Assembly (NCBI GenBank): GCA_021783875.1
Contig: JAJXTM010000001.1
Location: 1 to 56,691, forward strand
Reading direction: 5' to 3'
Origin: Bacteroidota bacterium
GTDB taxonomy: Bacteria; Bacteroidota; Ignavibacteria; Ignavibacteriales; Ignavibacteriaceae
Length of the DNA: 56,691 bases
Below are positions 20,441 through 29,542 of the stretch, in pieces. Position 1 is the first letter of the stretch. Every line of letters starts with the position of its first letter. Under the pieces are notes generated by a model. The model had not been told where the DNA came from, made no database searches, and saw only the letters and a list, made by a program, of their open reading frames with translations. A program made the position numbers and the translations under genes.

Positions 20441-22375
20441 TTATTTTTTCTTTTTTGTTTCGTCATCTACAACTTCATACGATGCATCTTGGACTTCTTT
20501 ATCCTCAGGTTTCTGCTCACTTTGTGAAGAAGAACCGGTATCTTGCTGTGAATTCTCTCCAGGTTGACCAGCTCCGGGTTGCGCATAGAGCTCAGATGCT
20601 ATGGCACTCCAAACTTTATTCAATGATTCAGTTGCAGTTTTTATTTGTTCAGTATTATTTGAAGCAATTGCTTCTTCTACTTTCTTTATTTCAGAATCAA
20701 GTTTATTTTTTGATTCCGAAGACATTTTATCTTTTAACTCTTCAACCTGTTTCTTGGTTTGGAAGATTAAACTATCTGCCTGATTTTTCACTTCAATAGC
20801 TTCTTTTTTAGTCTTATCTTCAGCGGCATGTTCTTTAGCGCTATTCTTCATTTTTTCAACTTCCTCTTTTGATAGACCGCTTGAAGAAGTTATTCTAATA
20901 CTCTGTTCTTTACTTGTAGCTTTATCTTTTGCAGCTACATGGAGAATTCCATTAGCATCAATGTCAAAGGTTACTTCAATTTGAGGTATTCCTCTAGGAG
21001 CAGGAGGAATTCCTTCTAAATGAAATCTACCTAAAGATCTATTATCATTTGCCATAGGCCGCTCACCTTGTAGTATATGTATTTCTACAGAGGGTTGATT
21101 ATCCGAAGCAGTTGAAAATACTTCACTCTTTTTTGTAGGAATTGTGGTATTTGCATCAATCAATTTCGTCATTACACCGCCGAGAGTTTCAATCCCTAAA
21201 GAAAGTGGTGTTACATCAAGCAAAAGTACATCTTTAACTTCGCCAGTTAAAACGCCACCTTGTATAGCGGCACCTACAGCTACTACTTCATCAGGATTTA
21301 CGCCTTTATGCGGCTCTCTATTAAAAATTTTCTTAACTAACTCCTGAACCATAGGAATTCTAGTAGAACCCCCTACCAAAATTACTTCATCGATTTGAGA
21401 AGCGGTAATCCCAGCATCTTTAATGGCCTGCTCGCAAGGTATTCGTGTTTTCTGCACTAAATCATCTATTAGTTGCTCAAACTTAGCACGTGTCATAGTA
21501 ATATTTAAATGTTTCGGACCATCCTGAGTGGCAGTAACAAATGGGAGATTCACATCAGTAGAAGAGGAAGATGACAATTCTATTTTAGCTTTTTCAGCAG
21601 CTTCCTTTAATCTTTGTAAAGCCATTGGGTCTTTCCGAAGATCAATTCCCTCTTGTTTCTGAAATTCACTAGCAAGAAAATCAATTATTCTTTGATCAAA
21701 GTCATCACCGCCAAGATGAGTATCACCATTAGTTGACTTAACTTCAAAAACTCCATCACCTAAAGCTAGAACGGAAACATCAAAAGTACCTCCACCTAAA
21801 TCATATACAGCCACAGTATGATCTTTGCCCTTCTTATCAAGCCCATAAGCTAGAGCAGCAGCAGTTGGTTCATTGATAATTCTTCTAACTTTCAACCCGG
21901 CGATTTCGCCAGCATCCTTAGTAGCTTGGCGCTGAGAGTCATTAAAATAGGCAGGGACAGTAATAACAGCTTCAGTTACTTCTTGTCCTAAATATTCTTC
22001 AGCAGTTTTTTTCATTTTTTGCAAAATCATTGCACTAATTTCAGGTGGTGAATAAATACGGTCACTAATTTTGACTCTAGCTGATTGTCCATCACCCGGT
22101 ATTACCTCATAAGGCACTTTTGATTTTTCATCTTGAACTTCACTAACAACTCTTCCCATAAATCTTTTAATTGAGAAAATTGTGTTTTTGGGATTTGTTA
22201 TTGCCTGTCTTTTAGCAGGTTGGCCAACTAACCGATCTCCATTTTTAGTAAATGCAACAACAGAAGGGGTTGTTCTTCCACCTTCAGAATTAGGAATTAC
22301 CACTGGTTCATTGCCTTCCATTACTGCAACACAAGAATTTGTAGTTCCTAAATCGATTCCAATTATCTTACCCAT
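20441..22375 (-). CDS. dnaK: Molecular chaperone DnaK (Hsp70)
   Basis: [20 protein letters not shown] and VGGSTRIP motifs. 644 aa. Confidence 0.97.
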   Translation of the reverse strand: MGKIIGIDLGTTNSCVAVMEGNEPVVIPNSEGGRTTPSVVAFTKNGDRLVGQPAKRQAITNPKNTIFSIKRFMGRVVSEVQDEKSKVPYEVIPGDGQSARVKISDRIYSPPEISAMILQKMKKTAEEYLGQEVTEAVITVPAYFNDSQRQATKDAGEIAGLKVRRIINEPTAAALAYGLDKKGKDHTVAVYDLGGGTFDVSVLALGDGVFEVKSTNGDTHLGGDDFDQRIIDFLASEFQKQEGIDLRKDPMALQRLKEAAEKAKIELSSSSSTDVNLPFVTATQDGPKHLNITMTRAKFEQLIDDLVQKTRIPCEQAIKDAGITASQIDEVILVGGSTRIPMVQELVKKIFNREPHKGVNPDEVVAVGAAIQGGVLTGEVKDVLLLDVTPLSLGIETLGGVMTKLIDANTTIPTKKSEVFSTASDNQPSVEIHILQGERPMANDNRSLGRFHLEGIPPAPRGIPQIEVTFDIDANGILHVAAKDKATSKEQSIRITSSSGLSKEEVEKMKNSAKEHAAEDKTKKEAIEVKNQADSLIFQTKKQVEELKDKMSSESKNKLDSEIKKVEEAIASNNTEQIKTATESLNKVWSAIASELYAQPGAGQPGENSQQDTGSSSQSEQKPEDKEVQDASYEVVDDETKKKK

Positions 22376-22428
22376 ATTTCTATCTCCTAAATGAATGAAT
22401 AAGCGGTTAAAAAATTACCGCATTTTTG

Positions 22429-22611
22429 TTATTTAATTTCTATAGATTTTTCTTTTGGATTATCATCTTCTAATTTTTGAACTGAAACAGAAAGTACACC
22501 AACTTCAATTTTAGCTTTAATTTTATTTTGACCGACTACACTCGTGAGTCGGAATGATCTCTTAAAGCTTTTGAAATACCTTCCAAATTTAATATGTTTA
22601 TTTATACACAC
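22429..22611 (-). pseudogene. C-terminal remnant of an Hsp20/alpha-crystallin small heat-shock protein
   Basis: The 60-aa ORF GRYFKSFKRSFRLTSVVGQNKIKAKIEVGVLSVSVQKLE matches the Hsp20 C-terminal pattern (G.F.RSF.LP...I.A....GVL.V..PK). A TAA lies two codons upstream of its GTG. The remaining 197-bp spacer cannot encode the missing ~90 N-terminal residues. Confidence 0.5.
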
Positions 22612-22808
22612 TTCTTATGCCAAGATTGAATATATCTATAACATATTAAATTTCAATACATTAGAATTATATTTAGTCAAACCTAGTTTACTCCCAAAGT
22701 TGGCAGATAATACGACATATTGACATGCTGATAGATTTTTGTAGCATATTATATGACAATTTTTGTAAAATTGCTTATCTTTAAATGAAAAATTTTAAGA
22801 GGCTCTAA

Positions 22809-23585
22809 TTGTTCAATTTAGAAAATTTTGATTTAAGGTTAGATACTGAATTTATTGGAAGAAATTTCATATATTCAGTGGAAGTTGAATCAACAAATTC
22901 AGTATTACTTGATAAAGCAAATAAATTTAATATTGACGGTACGGTATTATTAGCTGAAAAACAATCAAAAGGTAGAGGGAGGAAAGAAAGAATCTGGTAT
23001 AGTGCGAAAGAACAGAATTTAACTTTTTCAATTTTGTTGACAAATAAGAAATTATTGTCAAAAAATTTAAACCTATTAAATTTTGCAGCATCGTTATCAG
23101 TTGCTTTGTCAATCGAGAAGCTCTACCAATTAAAATCCGAATTGAAATGGCCTAACGATGTATTAATCAACAGTAAAAAAATTTGCGGCATTTTATTGGA
23201 ATCAACTTCTCAGGGCAATAAAATAGACAGACTTGTTATCGGTATAGGATTGAATGTAAATCAATCTTTATTTCAAGGAAATTTTAATGCAGAACCAACA
23301 TCAATTAAAATTGAAACCGAAGGTATTAATATAAATCGCGAAATTTTACTTGCAGAGCTTTTGAATACTTTTGAAGGAGTCATAGAAAAAATTCCAGTTT
23401 CTCCTGATTCTATTTTAAAAGATTGGAAAGAAAGGTGTTCCTTAATGGGAGAAAAAATATCCATCACTGATAATAATTCAATTAAATATGGAATTTTTGA
23501 AGATATTGATAATGATGGATACTTACTATTAAGAATAAAAGATAAAATCGAAAGAATTCATTTTGGGGATGTGAGTACATTCTAA
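22809..23585 (+). CDS. birA: Biotin--[acetyl-CoA-carboxylase] ligase, group I (no HTH)
   Basis: GRGRKERIWYS and KWPNDVLI motifs. 258 aa, TTG start. Confidence 0.9.
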   Translation: MFNLENFDLRLDTEFIGRNFIYSVEVESTNSVLLDKANKFNIDGTVLLAEKQSKGRGRKERIWYSAKEQNLTFSILLTNKKLLSKNLNLLNFAASLSVALSIEKLYQLKSELKWPNDVLINSKKICGILLESTSQGNKIDRLVIGIGLNVNQSLFQGNFNAEPTSIKIETEGININREILLAELLNTFEGVIEKIPVSPDSILKDWKERCSLMGEKISITDNNSIKYGIFEDIDNDGYLLLRIKDKIERIHFGDVSTF

Positions 23586-24352
23586 TGTTATACGCATGCG
23601 ATATAGGCAACACAAATATAAAAGTTGCGACTTTTGATTTAGGAGTAATTTCCAGTTATTACAAATTTTCTGACTTAAATAAGCTATTTGATTTTTTTAA
23701 AAAGAATAATCCTTCTCACCTTGCTTTGTCTTCAGTTGTTCCTGAATCAGAAAATGAAATTAATCAATTTATAAAAACAAATTTTAACTTTTCTCCTTTC
23801 ATAATAAACCATAAAATAAAATTCAATCTACTGATAGATTATCATCCTATAGAAAATCTAGGTTTAGATAGGATTTGTTCAGCTGAAGGTGCATTATTTT
23901 TGTTCAAGAATTCCAATGATTATATCAATTACTCGTCAAAAAGTGTTATTGTCACAATAGATTTGGGAACTGCAACTACGATAAATGTTGTTAAATACCC
24001 ACAAATTTTTAGTGGGGGATTAATTGCCCCTGGCATAAATATGATGTTCAACTCTCTTTCAAAAGACACAGCGCTTCTACCATCTGTAGGCTTAAATGAC
24101 TACAAACAAATAATTTCTCATGATACTAAATCTTCTCTTGCAAGCGGAGTAATAAATTCAACTTTAGGGTTAATAGAAAGGACCTTGGCAAGTATTCAAA
24201 AAATATATCCTGCTGAAAAATTAAAAATATTTATTACCGGAGGTAACGCAAAGGACTTTCTTCCACATTTTGATTTCGAATTTCAATTTGAAAAAGCTTT
24301 GGTTCTCTTGGGAATTAAAGCAATTTATGATAAGAATACTCAAACGAATTAG
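23585..24352 (+). CDS. coaX: Type III pantothenate kinase
   Basis: ACDIGNTNIKV N-terminus, GLDR, and TGG near the C-terminus. The start overlaps the birA stop (TAATG). Confidence 0.9.
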   Translation: MLYACDIGNTNIKVATFDLGVISSYYKFSDLNKLFDFFKKNNPSHLALSSVVPESENEINQFIKTNFNFSPFIINHKIKFNLLIDYHPIENLGLDRICSAEGALFLFKNSNDYINYSSKSVIVTIDLGTATTINVVKYPQIFSGGLIAPGINMMFNSLSKDTALLPSVGLNDYKQIISHDTKSSLASGVINSTLGLIERTLASIQKIYPAEKLKIFITGGNAKDFLPHFDFEFQFEKALVLLGIKAIYDKNTQTN

Positions 24353-25113
24353 ATTTTTAATATTGCATTATCAATTAGTCTGGTGGAGCCGATCCGGCAT
24401 GCAATTAAGACATAATATTTTTTCCCTTTTTCCATAATATGCGGAACAAGAAAATTTTTCTCCTCGACTATTTCCACATAATCTAATTTTGAAGATTTAA
24501 CAAAATTAATCTGATTTATTATTTCGGAACAAATCATATCAGGCATTCTCTCACCCTTTTTAACCATCTTAGCAGCAAGTTTTAGGGAAGATGATAATAC
24601 AAGAGCTTCTACCCTTTCCTTTGAGGTAAGATAAATATTGCGGGAGCTCATAGCTAATCCGTCATGTTCACGAATTATTGGGCAGACGATAATTTCTAAG
24701 TTATATTTTAAATCTTTCACCATTTGTTTAATTACGAAAACCTGTTGAGCATCCTTCTGACCAAAGAATACATAGTCGGGAGAAATGCAATTAAAAAGGA
24801 TTGCTACAATTGTAGAAACACCTTTAAAATGATTAGGTCGGAACTTTCCCTCAAGGCGGGAAGAGATTTCATCAACCTCCACAAATGTTTGATAGTCATT
24901 TAAATAAATCTCTGACGACTCTGGAAAGAAAAGATAGTCAACATTTTCTTTTTTTAAAATATTTTTGTCGCGTTCAAAATCACGAGGATATTTTTCGAGA
25001 TCTTCCCCAGGCATAAATTGTGTTGGGTTAACGAAAATCGAGACTATAGTAATATCGGCAGTCTTTTTAGACCTATTTATAAGTGAACAATGCCCTTCAT
25101 GAAGGAAACCCAT
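24349..25113 (-). CDS. panC: Pantoate--beta-alanine ligase. The true N-terminus is probably about 29 codons upstream of the tracked ATG.
   Basis: The tracked Met is the M of the conserved PTMGxLHEGH motif. The same frame stays open upstream to 25212 and encodes VDIKVLRKIKQIQSLVKKIKADGKTIGFVPT, which aligns with PanC N-termini. Confidence 0.9.
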   Translation of the reverse strand: MGFLHEGHCSLINRSKKTADITIVSIFVNPTQFMPGEDLEKYPRDFERDKNILKKENVDYLFFPESSEIYLNDYQTFVEVDEISSRLEGKFRPNHFKGVSTIVAILFNCISPDYVFFGQKDAQQVFVIKQMVKDLKYNLEIIVCPIIREHDGLAMSSRNIYLTSKERVEALVLSSSLKLAAKMVKKGERMPDMICSEIINQINFVKSSKLDYVEIVEEKNFLVPHIMEKGKKYYVLIACRIGSTRLIDNAILKI

Positions 25114-25207
25114 TGTAGGAACAAATCCAATCGTTTTACCATCAGCTTTTATTTTTTTAACTAACGATTGTATCTGCTTAATCTTACGTAAAACTTTTAT
25201 ATCAACC

Positions 25208-26047
25208 TCAAGTTAGCAATGTTAATATGTTAAAAATACTATCCTTCAATTCTTTTCTAGGTGAAATTAGATCAACAAATCCTTGTTCTAATAGAAACTC
25301 AGATTTTTGAAATCCCTTAGGCAAGTCTTTTCCAATTGTTTGTTTAATTACCCTCGGGCCTGCAAAACCAATAAGTGCTTGCGGCTCGGCAATATGAATA
25401 TCACCTAGCATGGCATAGCTTGCAGTTGTTCCTCCAGTAGTAGGGTCAGTCAGAATTGAGATATAAGGGATATGTGCATCTGCTAATCTAGCCAAACGTG
25501 AGCTTGTTTTAGCCATTTGCATCAATGAGAATGCACCTTCCATCATTCTTGCTCCACCGCTGGCAGAAATAATAATTAAAGGAATTTTATTTTTATATGC
25601 CTTATCAATTACTCTTGCCAATTTTTCTCCTACAACAGAACCCATACTTCCGCCGATGAATTTGAAATCCATACACCCAAAAGCAACATCCATTCCATTA
25701 ATTTTTCCCGTACCAGTTTTGACAGCATCATTAAGACCAAGTTTCTTAATGGTTTCATGAATTCTATCTTTATATTTCTTAGTATCTTCAAATTCAAGTG
25801 GGTCTCCTGATCGTAGCTTCTTATCAATTTCTTTAAAAGATCCTTTATCTAAAAGAATATTAATATATTCCTGACTTCCTATCCTGAAATGGAAACCACA
25901 TTTAGTACAAGTCCACAAACTATTTTCAAGTTGTTTTTTATGGATAATCTCACCGCAACTTGAACACTTTTCCCATAGTCCATCAGGGAGATCCTTTTTT
26001 TGAGAGTCTGGGGAAATATTTTCTTTTGATCGTTTAAACCAAGCCAT
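25208..26047 (-). CDS. accD: Acetyl-CoA carboxylase carboxyltransferase beta subunit
   Basis: N-terminal zinc ribbon CSSCGEII...CTKCGFH. Carboxyltransferase core ([20 protein letters not shown]). Confidence 0.95.
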   Translation of the reverse strand: MAWFKRSKENISPDSQKKDLPDGLWEKCSSCGEIIHKKQLENSLWTCTKCGFHFRIGSQEYINILLDKGSFKEIDKKLRSGDPLEFEDTKKYKDRIHETIKKLGLNDAVKTGTGKINGMDVAFGCMDFKFIGGSMGSVVGEKLARVIDKAYKNKIPLIIISASGGARMMEGAFSLMQMAKTSSRLARLADAHIPYISILTDPTTGGTTASYAMLGDIHIAEPQALIGFAGPRVIKQTIGKDLPKGFQKSEFLLEQGFVDLISPRKELKDSIFNILTLLT

Positions 26048-26055
26048 TTTATTCT

Positions 26056-26787
26056 CTATCTTGTTATTTCAGCACTAATAGTTAAAATTTTTCGTGGATT
26101 TTTGGGATCATTTGTAACTACAGAAATCATTCTTGAAACATTTCCGATTTTTCCTGCAGAATCAAATTGAACTCGAAGCTCTCCGGTATCCCCTGGTAAA
26201 ATTTCTTTACTTTTAGCTACAGCAGCAGTGCATCCGCACGAAGTTGTTATGTTTTTAATAATTAAAGCCGTGTTACCAGTATTAGAAAACTTAAAGATAT
26301 AGTCAACAACTTTCCCTTGTTTCATAGTTCCAAAGTCATGGCTAATTTCTTTAAAAGTTATAGTAGGGTGAAAGGAGGAATCAACCGGCATTCCGGAAAG
26401 AGTAGGTTTGTTATCAGGATATGCTCGCGTAATAAATAACTTCAGATCAGGATTGTTCGGATCATTTGTTCTAATTGTAATGAAGTTATCCTGCGGACTA
26501 CCCTTCCCTTTACTGACATATATAACATCAACATGAGCAGAATCACCAGGAGCTAAATCATTTTTATCAAGATTTGCTGTAATACATTTGCAATTTGTTT
26601 TTAGGTCACCAAGTTTTAATAAACTTCCGCCTCCGTTATATATTACAAATGAATGTTCCACAGAAGTTCCATTTGGAGCATTACTAAAATCATAATCTAT
26701 TTTAGGTACTGAAACAACCGGACCAATTGATTGGGCAATTTCAAATGACATAAACAAAAAGATTAAACTAATAATTTTTATGACCAT
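26056..26787 (-). CDS. Secreted tandem DUF1573-domain protein
   Basis: Signal peptide and two repeats carrying the DUF1573 signature ([23 protein letters not shown] and [25 protein letters not shown]). Confidence 0.7.
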   Translation of the reverse strand: MVIKIISLIFLFMSFEIAQSIGPVVSVPKIDYDFSNAPNGTSVEHSFVIYNGGGSLLKLGDLKTNCKCITANLDKNDLAPGDSAHVDVIYVSKGKGSPQDNFITIRTNDPNNPDLKLFITRAYPDNKPTLSGMPVDSSFHPTITFKEISHDFGTMKQGKVVDYIFKFSNTGNTALIIKNITTSCGCTAAVAKSKEILPGDTGELRVQFDSAGKIGNVSRMISVVTNDPKNPRKILTISAEITR

Positions 26788-27484
26788 TTTTTCTTTCCTT
26801 CACAATAAAATTCTTTAGATAATTAGGCTCAAGAAAATCATAATCAAAAGTTCTTAATGAATCACCAAATGCTTTACACCATTTAGCAACATATAAAGAA
26901 TTTGGTGAAGATATATTCTTACAAAAATTTACTGGTTCAATAAAACCGGAATTTCCGAATAAAAGTCCCGTATAGTTCCTTTTACTGAATTCATTACGGG
27001 TGATCAGTTCCAAATTGTTTACAAATATATAACTATTCGATTTAATTTGAAACTTAGCAAGATAAAGTTCATCCGAGTTCACTTTATTTACAATAATGAC
27101 TTCACTTTCATTTGGGAGATAAAAGGAGAGTTGATAAGCTAAAGCTTCAAAGGTTGGGACAGGAATAACGGCAATTTTTGCACCATAGGCAATTCCTTTA
27201 GCTGCTGCCATTCCAATTCTCAACCCAGTAAAAGACCCAGGACCAGCCGAAACTCCGATTGCATCTAAATCATTAGGTCTAATAGAGGCCAAATTTAGAA
27301 CAGCATCAATAATTCCAAATAATTTTTCAGCATGTGAATTTTTAAAACTAAAACTCATTTCATAGAATTTTTCGTCAGCATAATATACGCATACGCTGCA
27401 AAGGTTTTGGGAAGTTTCTATCGACAATATAGGTTTGGATTCATTCATATTTTTTAAAATAAAATTGCCTAGAATAATCTTCAT
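26768..27484 (-). CDS. tsaB: tRNA t6A37 biosynthesis protein TsaB
   Basis: ILSIETS..., GPGSFTGLRIG. The likely real start is the internal MNESKP (ATG at 27448). Confidence 0.85.
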   Translation of the reverse strand: MKIILGNFILKNMNESKPILSIETSQNLCSVCVYYADEKFYEMSFSFKNSHAEKLFGIIDAVLNLASIRPNDLDAIGVSAGPGSFTGLRIGMAAAKGIAYGAKIAVIPVPTFEALAYQLSFYLPNESEVIIVNKVNSDELYLAKFQIKSNSYIFVNNLELITRNEFSKRNYTGLLFGNSGFIEPVNFCKNISSPNSLYVAKWCKAFGDSLRTFDYDFLEPNYLKNFIVKERKNGHKNY

Positions 27485-27869
27485 TTAAGGTTATATCAAT
27501 TTCAATTCTTTTTTTTGGTAGAATATCTGGGAACATATTGCCCCATTCAATAAAAGTAATAGCTTCTACGTTATTAAGATAATCATTGATTCCGATATCA
27601 AATAATTCGATTTCTCTATTAATTCTGAAAAAATCGAAATGATAAAAAATATATCTTCCATAATATTCATTTACAATAGCAAAAGTGGGGCTATTAATAA
27701 ATTCAATATCAAATTTTTTTAAGATTTGTTTGACGAAGAAAGTCTTACCCGCACCTAAATTCCCGTTTAATATAACTATATCACCTGGGATTAGAATTTC
27801 TGCAAACTCATCTGCTAATAAAGATGTACCTTCTTCCGAAATAATTTTTTTATAAAATGGGAATTCCAT
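27441..27869 (-). CDS. tsaE: tRNA t6A37 biosynthesis ATPase TsaE
   Basis: LNGNLGAGKTFFVK Walker A, SPTF, and HFD(F)FR motifs. 142 aa. Confidence 0.85.
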   Translation of the reverse strand: MEFPFYKKIISEEGTSLLADEFAEILIPGDIVILNGNLGAGKTFFVKQILKKFDIEFINSPTFAIVNEYYGRYIFYHFDFFRINREIELFDIGINDYLNNVEAITFIEWGNMFPDILPKKRIEIDITLNEDYSRQFYFKKYE

Positions 27870-27871
27870 TT

Positions 27872-29440
27872 TTATTTTGGTTCCATTGTAATAATCGGAA
27901 GAATCATTTCTTCCATAGATATTCCTCCATGTTGAAATGTATCCTTATAATAAGTCAAATACTTGTGATAATCAGTAGGATAAACGAAGTAGTAATCTTC
28001 CTTTGCGATAATATAGTTTACGGTAACTCCTCTTCTAGGAAGTTTATAATCGTCAGCATTTTTAACATATACTGCATGTTTTTCATCAACTTTAAGGTTT
28101 CTGCCATATTTAAAACGCAAGTTAACCGAAGCCTCTTTATCTCCCAGCACTTTTGCTCCTCTTAATGACCTTATACTACCATGATCAGTAGTAATAACAA
28201 TTTTTACATTCTTAAGATTCGCAAGCGCTTTAAAAGTACCAAATAATGAAGAATGACGAAACCAGCTATCGGTCAATGATCGATAAGCGGGTTCATCAGG
28301 GGCAATTTCTTTAAGCAAATCAGAATCAGATCTCCCATGAGCTATCATATCCAGGAAATTTACAACTACAGCTGTAAGATGCGTATTTTGATACGAAAGA
28401 ATATTCTGTTCAAAGTTTCTGCCAACTTCCGGATCAATTATTTTTATATATTTTAAATCATTTCTAAGTTTAATTTTTTTTCTATCCAATAAGAGCTGCA
28501 ATAATTCCTTTTCGTATTTATTCATGCTTCGTTCATCATCATCGCCGTTATTCCAATATTGAGGATAATTTTTTTCAATTTCCGAGGGATAAAGTCCGGC
28601 AAATAGAGCATTTCTTGCATAAGGAGTAGCCGTAGGAAGGATTGCATAATAATATTCTTTGTCAATTTTAAAAAATTCCGAAAGATGTTTTTCCATAATC
28701 AACCATTGATCAAGCCTCAAACAATCAATTACAAAATAAAAAACTGAGATATTCGGTTCTTGCAAATGATTAAGCACATATTTTTGAGTAATCTCAGGAG
28801 TCAATGTAGGGGTATAGTTATCACCAGGAGTAGATATCCAATTTTTATAATTTCTTTCTACAAATTTTGAAAATTCTTTATTTCCTTCTTTCTTTTGATC
28901 ATTCAAAGACTGGCGTAAATTTATCCCGGGATGGGTATCAAGCTCAACATCCCAGTTAACGAGCTTCATATAAATTTCAGTCCATTCATTAAAGTCTAAA
29001 TTATTTAAGAAAGCTCTTGAAATTTCATTAAAGTCAGTAAGATAATCCTTAGCCGCATACTGACTTGATATTCTCTTTCCTTCTAAAATTTTCTTACATA
29101 CAAGCAGCACCTGGCTAGGATTAACCGGCTTAGTAAGATAATCAGCGATTTTACCGCCAATAGCTTCATCCATTAAAGTTTCTTCTTCGCTTTTGGTTAT
29201 CATAACAACTGGGATATTTGAATTAAATTCTTTTATCCGACTAAGAGTTTCAAGTCCTCCCATTCCTGCCATCATTTCGTCAAGGAAAATTAGATCATAC
29301 ACATTTTCATTAACCAAAGTTATTGCATCTTCACCATTAGTAGCGGTATCGACCATATATCCTTTTTCAGAAAGGAATATAATATGAGAGCGGAAAAGTT
29401 CTATTTCATCATCAACCCATAAAATTTTTTTATCTTTCAT
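27872..29440 (-). CDS. porX: PorX-type response regulator: REC domain fused to a PglZ/alkaline-phosphatase-superfamily domain
   Basis: N-terminal receiver (ILWVDDE..., LIFLDEMMAGMGG). C-terminal PglZ-like motifs FVIDCLRLDQW, FLDMIAHGRSD and ITTDHGS. 522 aa, immediately downstream of the SprA-like gene on the same strand. Confidence 0.8.
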   Translation of the reverse strand: MKDKKILWVDDEIELFRSHIIFLSEKGYMVDTATNGEDAITLVNENVYDLIFLDEMMAGMGGLETLSRIKEFNSNIPVVMITKSEEETLMDEAIGGKIADYLTKPVNPSQVLLVCKKILEGKRISSQYAAKDYLTDFNEISRAFLNNLDFNEWTEIYMKLVNWDVELDTHPGINLRQSLNDQKKEGNKEFSKFVERNYKNWISTPGDNYTPTLTPEITQKYVLNHLQEPNISVFYFVIDCLRLDQWLIMEKHLSEFFKIDKEYYYAILPTATPYARNALFAGLYPSEIEKNYPQYWNNGDDDERSMNKYEKELLQLLLDRKKIKLRNDLKYIKIIDPEVGRNFEQNILSYQNTHLTAVVVNFLDMIAHGRSDSDLLKEIAPDEPAYRSLTDSWFRHSSLFGTFKALANLKNVKIVITTDHGSIRSLRGAKVLGDKEASVNLRFKYGRNLKVDEKHAVYVKNADDYKLPRRGVTVNYIIAKEDYYFVYPTDYHKYLTYYKDTFQHGGISMEEMILPIITMEPK

Positions 29441-29542
29441 AATAATTCTTCTATATTACATAATTATAAAATATTAGTTTATTTATTTTAACATTAAAAA
29501 CTGAGGTACATTTTTATATCAATTTACTTTCTTTTTCCCTCA

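Noticed and set aside
24349-24352. coaX (+) and panC (-) converge with interleaved stop codons (TTAG) and a 4-nt overlap.
   Set aside because: It is genuine, but it is a common consequence of genome compaction. No regulatory implication can be supported.
27872-29440. The PglZ domain as evidence for a BREX or DISARM phage-defence system.
   Set aside because: The protein has an N-terminal receiver domain and sits next to a SprA-sized gene, which is the PorX architecture. No BrxA/B/C, PglX methyltransferase or BrxL genes lie nearby.
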